Below are positions 39,366 through 53,169 of a stretch of 64,000 bases of DNA, piece by piece (position 1 is the stretch's first letter; each line of letters begins with the position of its first letter). Location: positions 96,224,001 to 96,288,000 of the forward strand of contig NW_026262745.1 in assembly GCF_021869535.1 (NCBI RefSeq), given 5' to 3'. The notes beneath the pieces are model-generated. The model was not told the DNA's origin and searched no databases. It saw only the letters and a list, made by a program, of their open reading frames with translations. This stretch comes from Mytilus californianus (taxonomy: Eukaryota). Made by a program: the position numbers and the translations under genes.

Positions 39366-40715
39366 ACATTATAATAACTGCCATATTCCTGACTTGGTAC
39401 AGGACATTTTAAGAAAAAAAGTGGTACAACACTTCTTGAACGCAAAGAAATTGGTACTACATGTTACAAAATGTATACAAAGAAAGAAACAGCTTTAAAT
39501 TGTTTGATTGGGTCAGGTAGTCAAAGTTTTTACAACCCAAACTGGCTTAAAATTTAGCGCACTGTAAAACGTGCAGAAGAATAGAAAGTGGTTGTTCTCC
39601 GACGAATTAACAAATTGTTTGAAGTCAAAAACCGCATTTGAATCCGCATATAAAAAAAACCTCAATCAGTCATACAGTAAAAAGCATTCATTAAGGTATT
39701 CCTTTACAACGTTTGAGTTCATATTTCAAATTAGTTTTGTTTTGTATCGCCGTTTAGCTCCGAAACCGATTCAGAATTCAAAAGGTTTTCATTCAGGTTA
39801 AAGGTTGTCATCCAATTTAACATGTTAAAAATAGTTTTGGATTGTCTGAATGTCAAGATCTCACTATGCAAAATTTGCAAAGAAATCCGAAAATGTTCTT
39901 ATAACTCAATAATAAAATGTAAAAGAGAAGTCACCATAAGTACTGGACAGCAAAACACCAACCACAAACACCTGTCCTCCGAAAAAAAACCAAGACATAC
40001 AAATAGAGATAAACGATTAACAACGAACAACGCATGGTTCAGATATAACCTGATTAGATACAAACGCAACATGTGCTATATTTAAACCTATGTCCTCTCC
40101 TATGTTCTTTACAAAAATTTTTTTTTTATATATCAGATTTCATTTTAGATAAATTGAAAGTTCGCTGAAAGAACAAAACCACTAATTCATAGCCCATTGC
40201 TTTCTATGTAGTATTCTGTCAAGCATTAATGGCTACTTTGTCTTAAGTTCAAATAAAGTGGCAGTTATTTCTTGTCAAAACTATACCTTATCCTGACTTG
40301 TTCTGAAAAATTCAACATTCCTTTAATTGCATGTTAAAGCGTACTGGTTCTCGGAAGTTTGATAGTACAAAAAACAGGTACTTCTGATCTGAACAACAGG
40401 GCAAATGTGCCCTCATATTAAAGTTTTATAAACTTTTTTCATTATCTAAAAGAAACTTTCAACTAGGATTCTACATTAATTCCAAGTCCCCAAGCTTTCC
40501 TTTGATACCAAAACCACCCAAATATTTCATCCATTGACAAAGATACAGCTATGCGTAGGAACTATTTTGTTCAAAATATGTACTTCTATCTTATATATTC
40601 TTTCTGACCAGGCCCAAATTAGTGGTTCTATACCGGAAGGGGCTGCGATTCTATTGTGGTTTGCTTTTTTCACGGCTTTTTTATGTTGTGGTTTCCTAGT
40701 TTCGTTTCTTTTTAG

Positions 40716-41086
40716 ATACCCAGAAATATGATTGTAATCTACTTTTGTCAACTAAAATAACAGAGAGTATTCAGGATGACATTCCTCTTATATATGTAAT
40801 AACTGCAACATATAACCGGCTCGTCCAAAGAGCCGACCTGACTCGTCTTTCAAATGCCTTTCGATTAGTAAAACGGCTACACTGGATTGTTGTTGAACCC
40901 GATGGTCAAATTAGTTTGAAAATACAGAAAATTCTGAACTCATCTGGAATTAACTTTACATATTTTGCTCAAGAAACCAATCCATCGGACCAAAAGAATG
41001 CTGGGATTGGTTGGATAATGACCAATCATAATCCAGTAGTCTAATCTGTGGTCTATTTTGCAGATGATATACAAATATTTGAAGAG
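40716..41086 (+). pseudogene. B3GAT: Beta-1,3-glucuronosyltransferase (GT43, B3GAT/GlcAT-like) exon, disabled
   Basis: Pyrimidine-rich acceptor; IPLIYVITATYNRLVQRADLTRLSNAFRLVKRLHWIVVE...V*SVVYFADDIQIFEE then gtaag. It matches the GT43 pattern IYVITPTY..QxAxLTRL..LHWIVVE..VVYFADDDNTY..FEE. TAA at 41042-41044 and the DDDNTY segment is shortened. Confidence 0.8.
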
Positions 41087-44000
41087 GTAAGAACTATTTA
41101 ATAGTTTGCCGTTTCTAAATTTAAAGTATTTCAGATAATTTCATTGTTTGGACCACATTTGATAACAACGTTCCGTCATTGGTTTAATTACAATTGTCTA
41201 GGACGTAATTATCCAATCACAACGTTTTAATGTACTCTTTTGCAATTTTACCCAGAATGCATTAGATTATGAAATTATGAAAAACGGATTGTGTGTTACG
41301 GGATTACAAAAAAAAAGATTAAATGAACAAAAACAACATGTTCAAAGCGCATCTCGGAGTTGGAGGTTTTGAACACCCCTTTGGAAATTTTTAAATATAA
41401 AAATAAAAACATGTAGTATGAGTGTAAATCAGACAAATATCCACCAGTGACCAAATGACGTAGATGCAAGCATATTTAGGTCACCGTACGGCCTTCAACA
41501 ATGAGCACGTTAATTAGTAAGCTAAAAAAAGACAGACACGAAAACGTAATACAATTTAAACCAGAAAATCAACGGCCTGATGTACAAAACAATAAACGAA
41601 AAACAAATATAAAATACAATTATCAACGACAACGACTGAATTAAAGGCTCCTGTTTTTGGACAGCCCAAGCAGAATCCGTCGGGGCTAAAAATGATAGCG
41701 AGTAATCAATCAACCGCCTTAATTGGGACAGCACAACATCAGAACAAACTGTAAAAGTCAGTTATTAAAAAGGCTTGAATCATCTAATCGACACAACAAG
41801 GAAATAACTTCATAAACAGTCTGAGAAAATCATGACCTTGTGTAATGCTAAAATATACAATCAACAGGATATATGCCCGTAAGAGGTCAAACCTCATAGC
41901 AGTTCATACTTAGTGGTTTAATCTATTTATGACAAAATCAGTATTAGTACAGACTTAAACAATATTCGAAGATCTAAAGACAGTATTAAATTGATGACCT
42001 TTTAGAATAGGTTTATTCAAAGGATCGTAAGTGTACATGAAACGTATCTAATTTTAGGAACTCTATAACAAAAAATGATCAGCCATACAAAGAGAGACTA
42101 TTATAGTATATGTGCCCACACGCCTTCCATTAAACACAAACATTATTGTTACTTTGAATCATTGATGCAAAAAATGCCCACATGAAGAGACCGTGTATAT
42201 TTACGCCTAACATATTTCAATTTCGCTGTCAAAATTGGAAATTTATAATTGCTCAATAATCTAAAGTTTTCGTATATCTAGGAAAAAAGTGATACTTTTC
42301 ACACCAATAATCATGCGTAGATTGAGAAATCGGTTTTTATACATTGCAGTTAAGAATTTTTGTTATACTTTTTCAATATCTATGCAACGTGAACAGAGTA
42401 AGGTAACCAAAATCAACATCTGTATTAGGTAAAAACAAGTATCCAAAGTCAATATTATAAGCAAAGTCAATACCTATGTTCGGTGACCATAGGTAAGCAG
42501 AGTATATATATATATAAGGTTACCAGAGGTTACTAAAGTCAATATATGTGTAATCTGGGTGACCAGAGGTAGCCAAAGTCAATATTTTGAATATCTGCAT
42601 AACGTGGTTGGAAGTATCTGTATTGTGTCGGGGGATGTTATAAGTTGCATAGTGTGCTAGTGACCTAATACGATATATATGGGGTCAGTAAATTCCATAT
42701 GGGATGAGAGCGAACTTAATGACCCAATATATATCGTATTAGGTCATATATTCTATGTAACGAATGTATCTTACCGACTATCTTTATAACATGTGGCATT
42801 TAGACTAGACTAAGTGGCCTATCAAATTGATAAAGTCTTCAATATTAAAATCTACTTCCATTGGTATATACAAAAACAAATGCCAATAATAACAACTTGT
42901 TAGCTTTTAATGTGTTTTCTGCATTTATTTCAATCGTTCATAATCAGTTTCTTCGTTTGTTATTCAGATTTTTCCTCGACACCGTGTTGTTTGTACAAAG
43001 GGTGTAACATCACTACTAACCATGTATTGAAATAAACCACGCCTACTAACCCCATATGAAATATACACGATCTCCGCGCCGTTGCTTTTAATCAATCATA
43101 TTCCTAGAAATATATAGGAGGTAAGATAAATGTCATTATCTGTTTCTTATTAAAGTATATATATATCACATTTATTAAATTACCAATTATACTCCTTTCT
43201 TTCAAACTATAACAACAGTATCGACCACATGTACATATCATTGATACTTGTTGTATGAATGACATTGGTGAAAAATTATTTTCTTATACCTATATTTATA
43301 TCTAGTTTTATTCTTATGAGTATCTCACACAACATTTTGTACTTATAATTTTAGATTTTTGGAAGTTTCGGTTTTGTCCTGTAAGGATGAATGGCCATTC
43401 AGAATATTTCGCTGTTCATGTGAATCCTTAGTGAAGTTTCAATTAAATAAATATATGTCACCATCATAATGTATGAAGTAAACATCTACTATAAAAGAGG
43501 GACGAAAGATACCAGAGGGACAGTCAAACTCATAGATTGAAAATAAGCTGACAACGCCATGGCTAAAAATAAAAAGACAAATAATAGTACACAATACACA
43601 ACATAGAAAACTAAAGACAAAGTAAGCAACACGAACCCAACCAAAAACTGTGGGTGATCACAGGTGCTCTTGAAGGGTAAGCAGATCCTGCTCCAAATGT
43701 GGCACCCGACTATAACAAAAACATATTCTATAAAGGGCTAAGTTGAACTAAAGTTTCTGTATGCTCAGTTGCTCATGTCGTTACCATGGTTACTGTACTT
43801 AAGTGAAGTTTACGCGAGCTCTCTGATGTCAACAAGTGTAGTTAAGTTTATTTTTAGAACCATTGGTTTGTTTTTACTGCACAGAATAACACTATTTTTG
43901 GAGATTACCTCTAGGCTCCTTTCAGTGTAATTTTTATTCTTGGTTTGACGCCGAGCAATAACTGTAAAGGCTACAAAGAAAGTTCCTCAAATACAATGGA

Positions 44001-44614
44001 AAGCAATAAGGGTTTTCTTGACCTTTAAAACTTAATATAATCTAACGAGATGAAATGCAAATAAATTCAAACATTTATTATTTTCCAGCTGCGATACACT
44101 AAAAAGTTATCAGCGTGGCCTGTTGCGTTTTCTGGTAGGAAAAAGTACGAGACACCGATAGTTGAAAATGGCAAGGTAATAAACAAAATATTCGAAAGTT
44201 GAAAAACGAAAAGAAACAGCTTGCTCAGCTTTTCTTCCAATCGTAGCCGGTTCAAACAAGTTACATATTTTCATACAATAAAAGTATATTTTGTTATCCT
44301 GCATATTAACATGAACACAAACATTATAAAACTCTATCTTAAAAACTATCTGAACTGCAATCAAAACCTGGATTCAGAGTGCCTGTTAAATTACCTACTC
44401 TAGCTATTGGTTGAGTGAATCAGATAAGGATTTTACTAAAATTTCAATAGATCTGTTAGAATGCATACAATCAAAGTCCCTCCCGTCATGCAATAGTATA
44501 AAACATTTTGACTTCTTTACTCTTTAGACATGCATTCCTTATTCTAAACCTATACTTATCAAAAGGATTTGTCCAATTTTGCTCCATAAAACAGAATGAC
44601 ACTCTAAAATCAGA

Positions 44615-44870
44615 AACAAAGTGTACTGAAACTGACTCCTTCGAATGTTGAATTTTTGTATTGACAATATATGTTTTTACATTTGGAGGACATGTTTTTC
44701 AACAGTCAATTTGTATTTCTATGGACACCACTGGTTGCCTACTTGTTTCCTTTATCTTATGAGGTAGACTTCACATCGAAAATTTAAAAAGCTGGAGTAA
44801 TCCCATGATTGATATTGCTTTGCTTACCGACAATTAAACTAATCGCATCAACTTTTTGATGGACATTGTC
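44615..44870 (+). mobile_element. Degenerate RT palm fragment
   Basis: Remnants of FLIDNIFVxFGGxVFQQxxGIxMGT (IDN.. TFGGHVFQQSICISMDT) with frameshifts. Confidence 0.55.
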
Positions 44871-45020
44871 AATAAAAAATAACCAAGAACTGACAATTAA
44901 GTACGCAAGGTTGAAATACGCATTGAACGCCTTGGATATGACAATAACACAAAAACGTCAATCTTTGTGATACCAATTACTGAATTTATGCTTCTGCTTT
45001 CAAGAAAAATATCTGAGATA

Positions 45021-45371
45021 GTGACATCTTAGACATGCCAGCCATTCTCTCCGTAAGGCTATTGAATCAGACGAAATCACGTGACATCTAAGACATGCCA
45101 GTTATTCTCACCGTAAGGCTATTGAATCAGACGAACTCACATGACATCTTAGACATGCCAGCCATTCTCCCCGTAAGGCTATTGAATCAGACGAACTCAC
45201 GTGGCATCTTAGACATGTCCGCCATTCTCTCAGTAAGGCTATTGAATCAGACGAACTCACGTGACATCTTAGACATGCCAGCCCTTCTCTCCGTAATGCT
45301 TTTGAATCAGAAGACCTCACGTGACATCTTAGACATGTCCGCCATTCTCTCCGTAAGGCTATTGAATCAGA
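45021..45371. repeat. 60-bp minisatellite, about 5.8 copies
   Basis: gtgacatcttagacatgccagccattctctccgtaaggctattgaatcagacgaactcac recurs at 45021, 45081, 45141, 45201, 45261 and 45321. Confidence 0.95.
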
Positions 45372-45939
45372 GTATTTTTGTCCCCTTTACTAGATAATCT
45401 TTCAATATAATAGTACGTGTCATTTTCTGAAATCAATATTTAGATCAGATATCAACCAGAAACGGACACAGTGTATTTATTTTAGACATTTATCTATGAC
45501 AACATGTTTAAGCATTTGATTTGTGTAGGTTTTTGAATCTACGCTAAGAACTTCTGACAAATAATAAGATGTATATTGTTTTGGTATGATTTTGTATGTA
45601 GGACATGTTTTTAGTAGACTTGCTACAATTCCCCTTCTTTTAGTTCTTTCTTATTAATTTATATGTTTACTGAAAACTGCCAGTATACTGATTGCCCATG
45701 GAATCAGTGTAATGGTAATCTCTTAGTCATAGCAGTAAAATTGATAAAAGGGCAAAATTGAAAAAAAATAAGGAAGGGACATGTAGCAAGTCTAGACATG
45801 TAGGTCATAGTGTTAAGGTAATTCTATTAGCTTTTGATTAATGACGTAAATTAAGTCTACATAGAAAATGAAAGTTGAATTCAATACAGATGCCTAAATA
45901 CAAAAAAAAATACATACTCAGTAGAGACACATCATTGTT

Positions 45940-47870
45940 ACATTTGATTGATACATTCAACAATACCTACCGTTATCTGGATGATATTTTTTTGTTAAAT
46001 AATCCAGAGTATATACTACCGAAATTTACCCAAAAAAACTTACTTTAACTAAATCTAACACAAACAGCAGCAGTAGTCCTCTTCTATGTTTAGACATTTC
46101 AATTTCTAAAGGGAAACTCCATACTAAAATTTACGACAAAAGAGACGATTTTTCATTCCCTATTGTTAATTTTCCTTTTTTAGACGGCGATGTGCCTTTT
46201 GCTCCATCATACGGTGTTTATATATCCCAACTCGTTCGGTATGCCCGTGTGTGTAGTGATGTCATAGATTTTAACGAATGTAATCAATGCATCACTGGTA
46301 AATTATTAAGTCAGGGATTTCGTTAATATAAATTACTAAAAACTTTTACTAAATTCTTTCATAGATACAAAGATTTGATTAGTAAATTTGGCTGTACCTG
46401 AAAACTTATTAAAAGTGGTATTTCACATCCTAAATTTTATGGTAATATTGTACTTAAAGCGCGGAAATCATTATGTGATCCGTGTAATCTCATCGAACCT
46501 TTAAACAAACTTATTAGTAAGGGTTATCGTACCAATGTTGTAATTAGATCTCTGAATATAGTTTACATTGGCACTAATATCGATTTTGTCATTAGCAAAT
46601 TAAAACATAACTAAATTTGTATTTTCTTTTCAAACGGGATGCATAGAGACACACACACGTTCATTTTTATTTTTAAAGAAGTCACTCCTAACTATCATAC
46701 TACCTGTCGATACATTTATGTTTGGCATTGCACAAGTCATGTCTTCTTTGACTGTTCATGACGTTAAAATACTTAATCCCTGTGATGTATTTTAGTTGAT
46801 TTTAGTCTCTGATGCATGATTTTTTATTATTAATTCTTTTGGCTTTTACCTAGCTGTCAGTAACTGCGAGTACTCTCAAATCGTACTTTCTTTTTAATTT
46901 GACCTGTTGATACTATTTGTAATGCTTTTTTGTTATTTAATGTTAACATGGATCTTGTCTATATACCAGCTTGGATTATTTGGTATTACTACAAATTTTC
47001 ACTTCTTCGTACTATGAACATCAAAATTATTTCATTTTTCCTTAGATGCTGTTCTTGGACCTGTACAGGAAGTTTTATCTAGCACTTATTGTATAGTTTT
47101 ATTGTTGATATTTACCCCATATGTACCAAGTGTAAGGTTAGTTTTATTGGTATTAAAAAAATTTCTTGGTATTCCTAAACGGAAGATTTTATACACACAA
47201 TAGAAGAAGTGTACTTAACAACAAAATTATTTTCATTTACCTGTGTATAATATGACGCAGGTTTATTCAAAAGTGATGATTTTCTAAAAATTGTTTGACA
47301 TTTCACAGTGATATCATACTTTAACTTTGTTTAAACCTGTTTATTTACTTTTGACTTTAATTATTTATCCCTTGTATTTTTTTTATTAACTGTGTATTTG
47401 CATTCAGGTGTCACAGGTCAAATTTATTCGTTCATTGTGTGTTAATTAACGTTTTTTGATTGAGATAAGCCTTCCAATTGATATTTTATAGTGTGTTTTT
47501 CTATGTTGTGATGTTATACTATTGTTTCAGAAAAGGGAGAAGGTTTGGTACCATTAAAACGTTTAATCCCGCTGCACATGTTTGCACCTGTCCTAAGTCA
47601 GGAATCTGATTACAGTAGTTGTCGTCTGTTTATGTAGTTCATACGTGTTTCTCGTTTCTCGTTTTTATATAGATAAGCCCGTTGGTTTTTCCGTTTGAAT
47701 GGTTTATACTAGTAATTTTTTGGGGCCCTTTATAGCTTGCTGTTCGGTGTGAGCCAATGCTCCGTGTTGAAGGCCGTACCTTGACCTATAATCGTTTACT
47801 TTTATAAATTGTAACTTGGATGGAGAGTTGTCTCATTGGCACTCATACCACATCTTCCTATATCTATATT
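45940..47870 (+). mobile_element. 5'-truncated Penelope-like retroelement (RT C-terminal part plus 3' region)
   Basis: IDTFNNTYRYLDDI (YLDD 45974-45985)...KIYDKRDDFSFPIVNFPFLDGDVPFAPSYGVYISQLVRYARVC with stops and frameshifts; ends in ggagagttgtctcattggcactcataccacatcttc. Confidence 0.8.
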
Positions 47871-49089
47871 TGTAAAGGTATATCTAATGTAACAAGGACT
47901 ACCTCATTTTTTTATGTAGGAAACGCCATCTTTTCTGTACGAAACACCATCTTTTATGTACGAAACGCCATCTTTGATGTACGAAACGGTATCAGCAGAT
48001 CAGTGTTACATTTATTTTTCTTCTTTATAGCCAAATAGGTTGATATTATAATAGATATATGAAGATGTGGTATGAGTGCCATGAGACAACTCTCTCATCC
48101 AAGTCGCCATTTGTAAAAGTAAACCATAATGTTTTGATTTAAGATTTTCACCAAGTTTAACCGTGTATTATCAAGTATCACCACATACCATTTACGTTCT
48201 GCATTCATCATACATAATCATCACGAACATACTTCATCCCTTGGACACCCTGTGTTTCAGAAGGATTAGATTTTATATTTCATGGGAAAAATAACCAGAT
48301 GACTGTAAAAATTTGTTCAAACTAGTAAAATCTGTAAATTGGACACCTATAATAATATTATTTAGAATATTCACTTATACAAGTAATTTTTAAAACAGCC
48401 TCGTTTTCAACATTACTAGTATAGGTAATTTTAAATTACTTGTTAAAGTAATGCCCCTGACTGCACATCATACATAATCATCACGTACATACTTCATCTC
48501 TTGGACACCTAGCATCACTTTAGTTTTTAACTCATGATTGAATAATTGACAATAAAATTGGTCACGTGTTTTGTGGAAAATAGATGGGAGGCAGTACATG
48601 GGATCTGACAATAGCTTTGACTTCGAAAATGTATTTCACATCTAGATATATGGTAATTTCAAAATAAATTAATCCGAAAGGTAAAATATTAACACTTTCA
48701 GTACATCTCCATAGGCGGATCTAGGGGGTCCCGGTGGCCTGGTCCCCCCCTTTTGTGGGGAAAATTTGGTAGATTATATAGGGAATCACTGAAGCATGAC
48801 TGGTTTTTCAGCTTGGAATACTAACAGAAACTTCCCAATAGATATACTATAAATGTTAAATTTCTGTGGAAGTATCATCCAAGATTTACTAGTATGAAAG
48901 ACTTTCATAATGGATTTGAGGAGATTAAATTTTTAGAACAATGTTGCACAGTTGATGAAATTGAACCACGTGCTGATAACTGCACAAAGGTATACTAATA
49001 AGATTATAACTATAAGTACTTGTCAAATAAGCACAATTATACTTGTGACAAATACAAATTATGATCAACAACAAAAATAAAAGGATTTG

Positions 49090-49227
49090 NNNNNNNNNNN
49101 NNNNNNNNNNNNNNNNNNNNNNNNNNNNNNNNNNNNNNNNNNNNNNNNNNNNNNNNNNNNNNNNNNNNNNNNNNNNNNNNNNNNNNNNNNNNNNNNNNNN
49201 NNNNNNNNNNNNNNNNNNNNNNNNNNN
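49090..49227. other. Assembly gap (138 N)
   Basis: Run of N characters. Confidence 1.
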
Positions 49228-52200
49228 AACGGCTTTATCATTCCTTCCCCTTTTAAGTTCTTTGGAACCACTTTCGGGTTTTCAGATTTTCGTGTTTTAC
49301 ACACATATTGTAGAAAGTCGTATCGATAAATTGTGTTTCATATCCAAATTCGTGGTTGACATTGATCGTAAAAAAAAAACGAAAATCAGAATTTCATTGC
49401 CTACATAAAACGAGATAGCAATTCAGTAATTATATTTCCTTTCTTTTTTCTTATAGATTTTGGTATGGCATACAAAAACAGAGAAATCTAAGATAGATAA
49501 AATCGACCACAATGTTCCAAAGTCAGCAGTTTGAAGATTCGAAATCGAATACCTATCAATAAAAAAAATGATGCTACGTGACTTTAATCAAAAATTAAAA
49601 GTCCGTATTTGGCACAACTTTTCGGTATTTGGGTTCTCAATGCTCTTCAACTTTGTACTTGTTTGGTTTTATAAATATTGGGATCTGAGCGTCACTGATG
49701 AGTCTTATGTAGACGAAACGCGCGTCTGGCGTATTGAATTATAATATAAAAAAAGAAGATGTGGTATGATTGCCAATGAGACAAAAGAGGGACGAAAGAT
49801 ACCAGAGGGACAGTCAACTCTCCACAAGAGACCAAAATGACACAGAAATTAACAACTATAGGTCACCGTACGGCCTTCAACAATGAGCAAAGCCCATACC
49901 GCATAGTCAGCTATAAAAGGCCCTGAAATGACAATGTAAATCAATTCAACCGAGAAAACTAACGGCCTAATTTATGTATAAAAAATGAACGAAAAACAAA
50001 TATGTAACACATAAACAAAAGACAACCACTGAATTACAGGCTCCTGACTTGGGACAGGCACATATAAACAGAATGTGGCGGGGTTAAACATGTTAGCGGG
50101 ATCCCAACCCTCCACCTAACCTGGGACAGTGGTATAACAGTACAACAGAAGAACGAACTATAAAAATCAGTTGAAAAAGGCTTAACTCATCAGTCATCAG
50201 ATTGATAAAACAAAATATAACCCTGTTACCTTTGATAACTATTATGTTTTATAAAGACAACTTTTCTTGACAATATGGGTTTTTTTTTTTTGGTTTAGAA
50301 TAAGAAAAACTATCAAATATACTTAAAGGCTTCATTACGTTACTATATTTGTTTAGTTGTATAAGTGAAATTTCTTGAATTTTATTGATAATTCAAAGAA
50401 ACAATATAGAATAAGTAGATGGAATATGATTGCCAATTTGTATCCTTCATTCACACTATTATAGAAAACAATGAGCCAGTTTAGCAAGAAAAAGCATATT
50501 GGGGAACAGTGGTTGTTCCATTTCTGCCGATCAAAGACAAAGGTAAAATCACAAAAAATACTGAATTCTGAGGAAAATTCAAAACGAAAAGTCTCTTATC
50601 AAATGACAAAATCAAAATTTCAAACAAATGGACAGCAACTGTCATATTCTTGACTTGGTACAGGCATTTTCTAATGTAGAAAATGGTGAATTATACCTGG
50701 TTTCATAGCTAGCACTAACCAGGCTCATAATTTTGAACGCCAGACACGTGTTTTGTGTACAAAAGAGTCATTAGTGACGCTCTATTCAAATAAGTTTAAC
50801 AGTGATTTTTTTAAGTATTAGGTTATAACGCACTAGTAATATTTTTTGTATTTTGTTAACTTGTCGCAGTTCTTTAACATGTTTGTGTCATTGGATAAGA
50901 AAATGAGCCGTGTAGTGTATGGTATATAATTCAATTCGTGATACAGTACATTAATGATCGTGGCATTAGAGTGAAACGCTTTGACAAAACAATACCTGCT
51001 ATTGATTATTGTGGATTCATTAATTTTCGTGGGATACAAATTATCGTGAATTTCGTGGGTTAAGTAAAACAAGAATTTCTATACTCAATGAAGTAGAAAT
51101 TTTCTATAAGCTAATATGCAGACATTGACAAAACCACGAAATCAAATATCCGCGATAGCACGATTTTTCAATAATCCACGAAAATTGGTACCCACGAAAA
51201 TTATCAATTTGAAGAAAAGAAGGAATAATTCGATCTCTATTCTTAAATCATTGGTCGAGCTGTTGATATAGGAAATACAATGCTTATGTGGCCGGATATT
51301 AGTAGTACAAAGTTTCAATAATATTCAAAGATAAAAGTAAAGTGATAGCAATTTTGGAGTATAAAGAAACGTCGTCAGTTTAATTTCGATTTATGGGTTT
51401 GAATGTCCCTCTGGTATCTTTTGCCCCTCTTTTCAAGTGATCAATCATAAACATTTAGATTATTCGGACATTTTTATGTCAATGAACCATTACTGAAGCG
51501 TTGGTGCTAATTTCCATTAAATAAAAAATGTGCTCATACTAATACAACTGTATGGCTACTATTATTGATCTACTATTTTTAAGTCCCCTTAAACTGACGT
51601 TATCACAACCGTTTACTGTAAACTACGCAAAATCTGCAATGAAATATGACTGATTTTCACAAAACAACAACAGAACGATTTGGGTTTGAATTTTGTTTCC
51701 ATATAAATATTGTATATTTTCATGTAATGGAGAAGGCGTTCTAAATTGCCAAAAATGTGTCTGATCCTATTGTCAATTTTTTTGGACAATAAAACATGTT
51801 TAAACAAACTGAATGATTCAAATACTTGAAAAAAATAATGATAAAGGGTACTCGCATTTGGATTTCCAAAACGGGATGCTCCTAACTTTTTAAGTTATCT
51901 CATGAAATATCAAATATTCGTAAAATGCTCCCGGAAATCTTCATCTTTGGATTAGAATTTAATCTATGATACTTGAATAAAGGCAACAGTAGTTTACCGC
52001 TGTTCGAAATTCATAAATCGATTGAGAAAAAACAATTCCGGGTTACAAACTAAAACTGAACCTAATTTTGTAATTGGTCAATAAATTCAATAAAGGGGCT
52101 TTAAAAAAAAAAAAAAAAAACACTCCCAGCTCAGACTTTAGCAGTTAATGTTTTATGGTGTTACCACATGCAATAAACCTTGCACTATCACTGTTTTATT

Positions 52201-53169
52201 GTAAATACTTATCGTTCTTATTGTCTTTGTAATTGTTTAATAGGTTTATGAGAATTCCTTATCCATAAATTTATGTTTTATTTCTACTTCTGGAGTCACA
52301 ATATATTTTACAATGTCAAAATAAAGGCAACAGTAGTGTACAGCTTTTCAAAAGTCAGAAATCGATGAGAAGAAAACAAATCCGGGTTACAAACTAAAAC
52401 CGAGGGAAGCACATCAACTACATGAGGAAAAAAATTGGAACAGCAGAAACACTGAACTGCAACAAAAATAAACGCCAACATAGAAATGGACTATTTGATA
52501 ACAACTGTGACTTTGTGATGATTGACAACAATAAAAGCACAGTTTATATTTTCTTTCTTCGTGCATGTATCATTTAGTTGTAAATACTCTTTTTAATCGT
52601 TCTACATGCGTAACTCTTTTCGTTGTAAATATAATGGAATTTGATGCGACTGTCATACAAGTGAGAGGTTTAGCGCTATAAAACCAGGTTCAATCCACCG
52701 TTTTCTACATTTGAAAATGCCTGTACCAAGTGTGGAATATGACAGTTGTTGTCCATTCGTTTGATGTGTTTTATCATTTGATTTTGTCATTTGATTAGGG
52801 ACTTTCCGTTTTGAATTTTACTCGGAGTTCAGTATTTTTGTGATTTTACTTTTTTTTACACATTTTTAATAACTCATATATTATATATGTATACTGTTTT
52901 AATATCTAACTGCAGGAGAAACTGGTATAGACTATAATATGAATGCATGCGTCTTTTTCTTGTTAGTATGGGCAACTTATCATTTAGCCGCTAAACACAT
53001 GCATGTACTTATAATCCTAGTAATTTGAACATTTTGAAACCATCGATATATTGATCAGTACGTTAAGTCATTTTATACATTTTGAGATAATTCAAAAGAT
53101 TCTAGGTTTATATTGCACGAGTATGCTATAATGACACAAAACCAATGAAGGATTAACTGAGATTTGAAT

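Noticed and set aside
42661-42746. 27-bp inverted repeat with a 33-bp spacer
   Set aside because: Real, but short and typical of MITE interiors; nothing further to support a function.
47914-48509. 21-bp x about 3.5 tandem (47914-47989) and a 50-bp direct repeat (about 48200 and 48460)
   Set aside because: Small local duplications beside a retroelement end; no evidence for LTRs or function.
49061-49408. ORFs spanning the N run
   Set aside because: Artefacts of the assembly gap.
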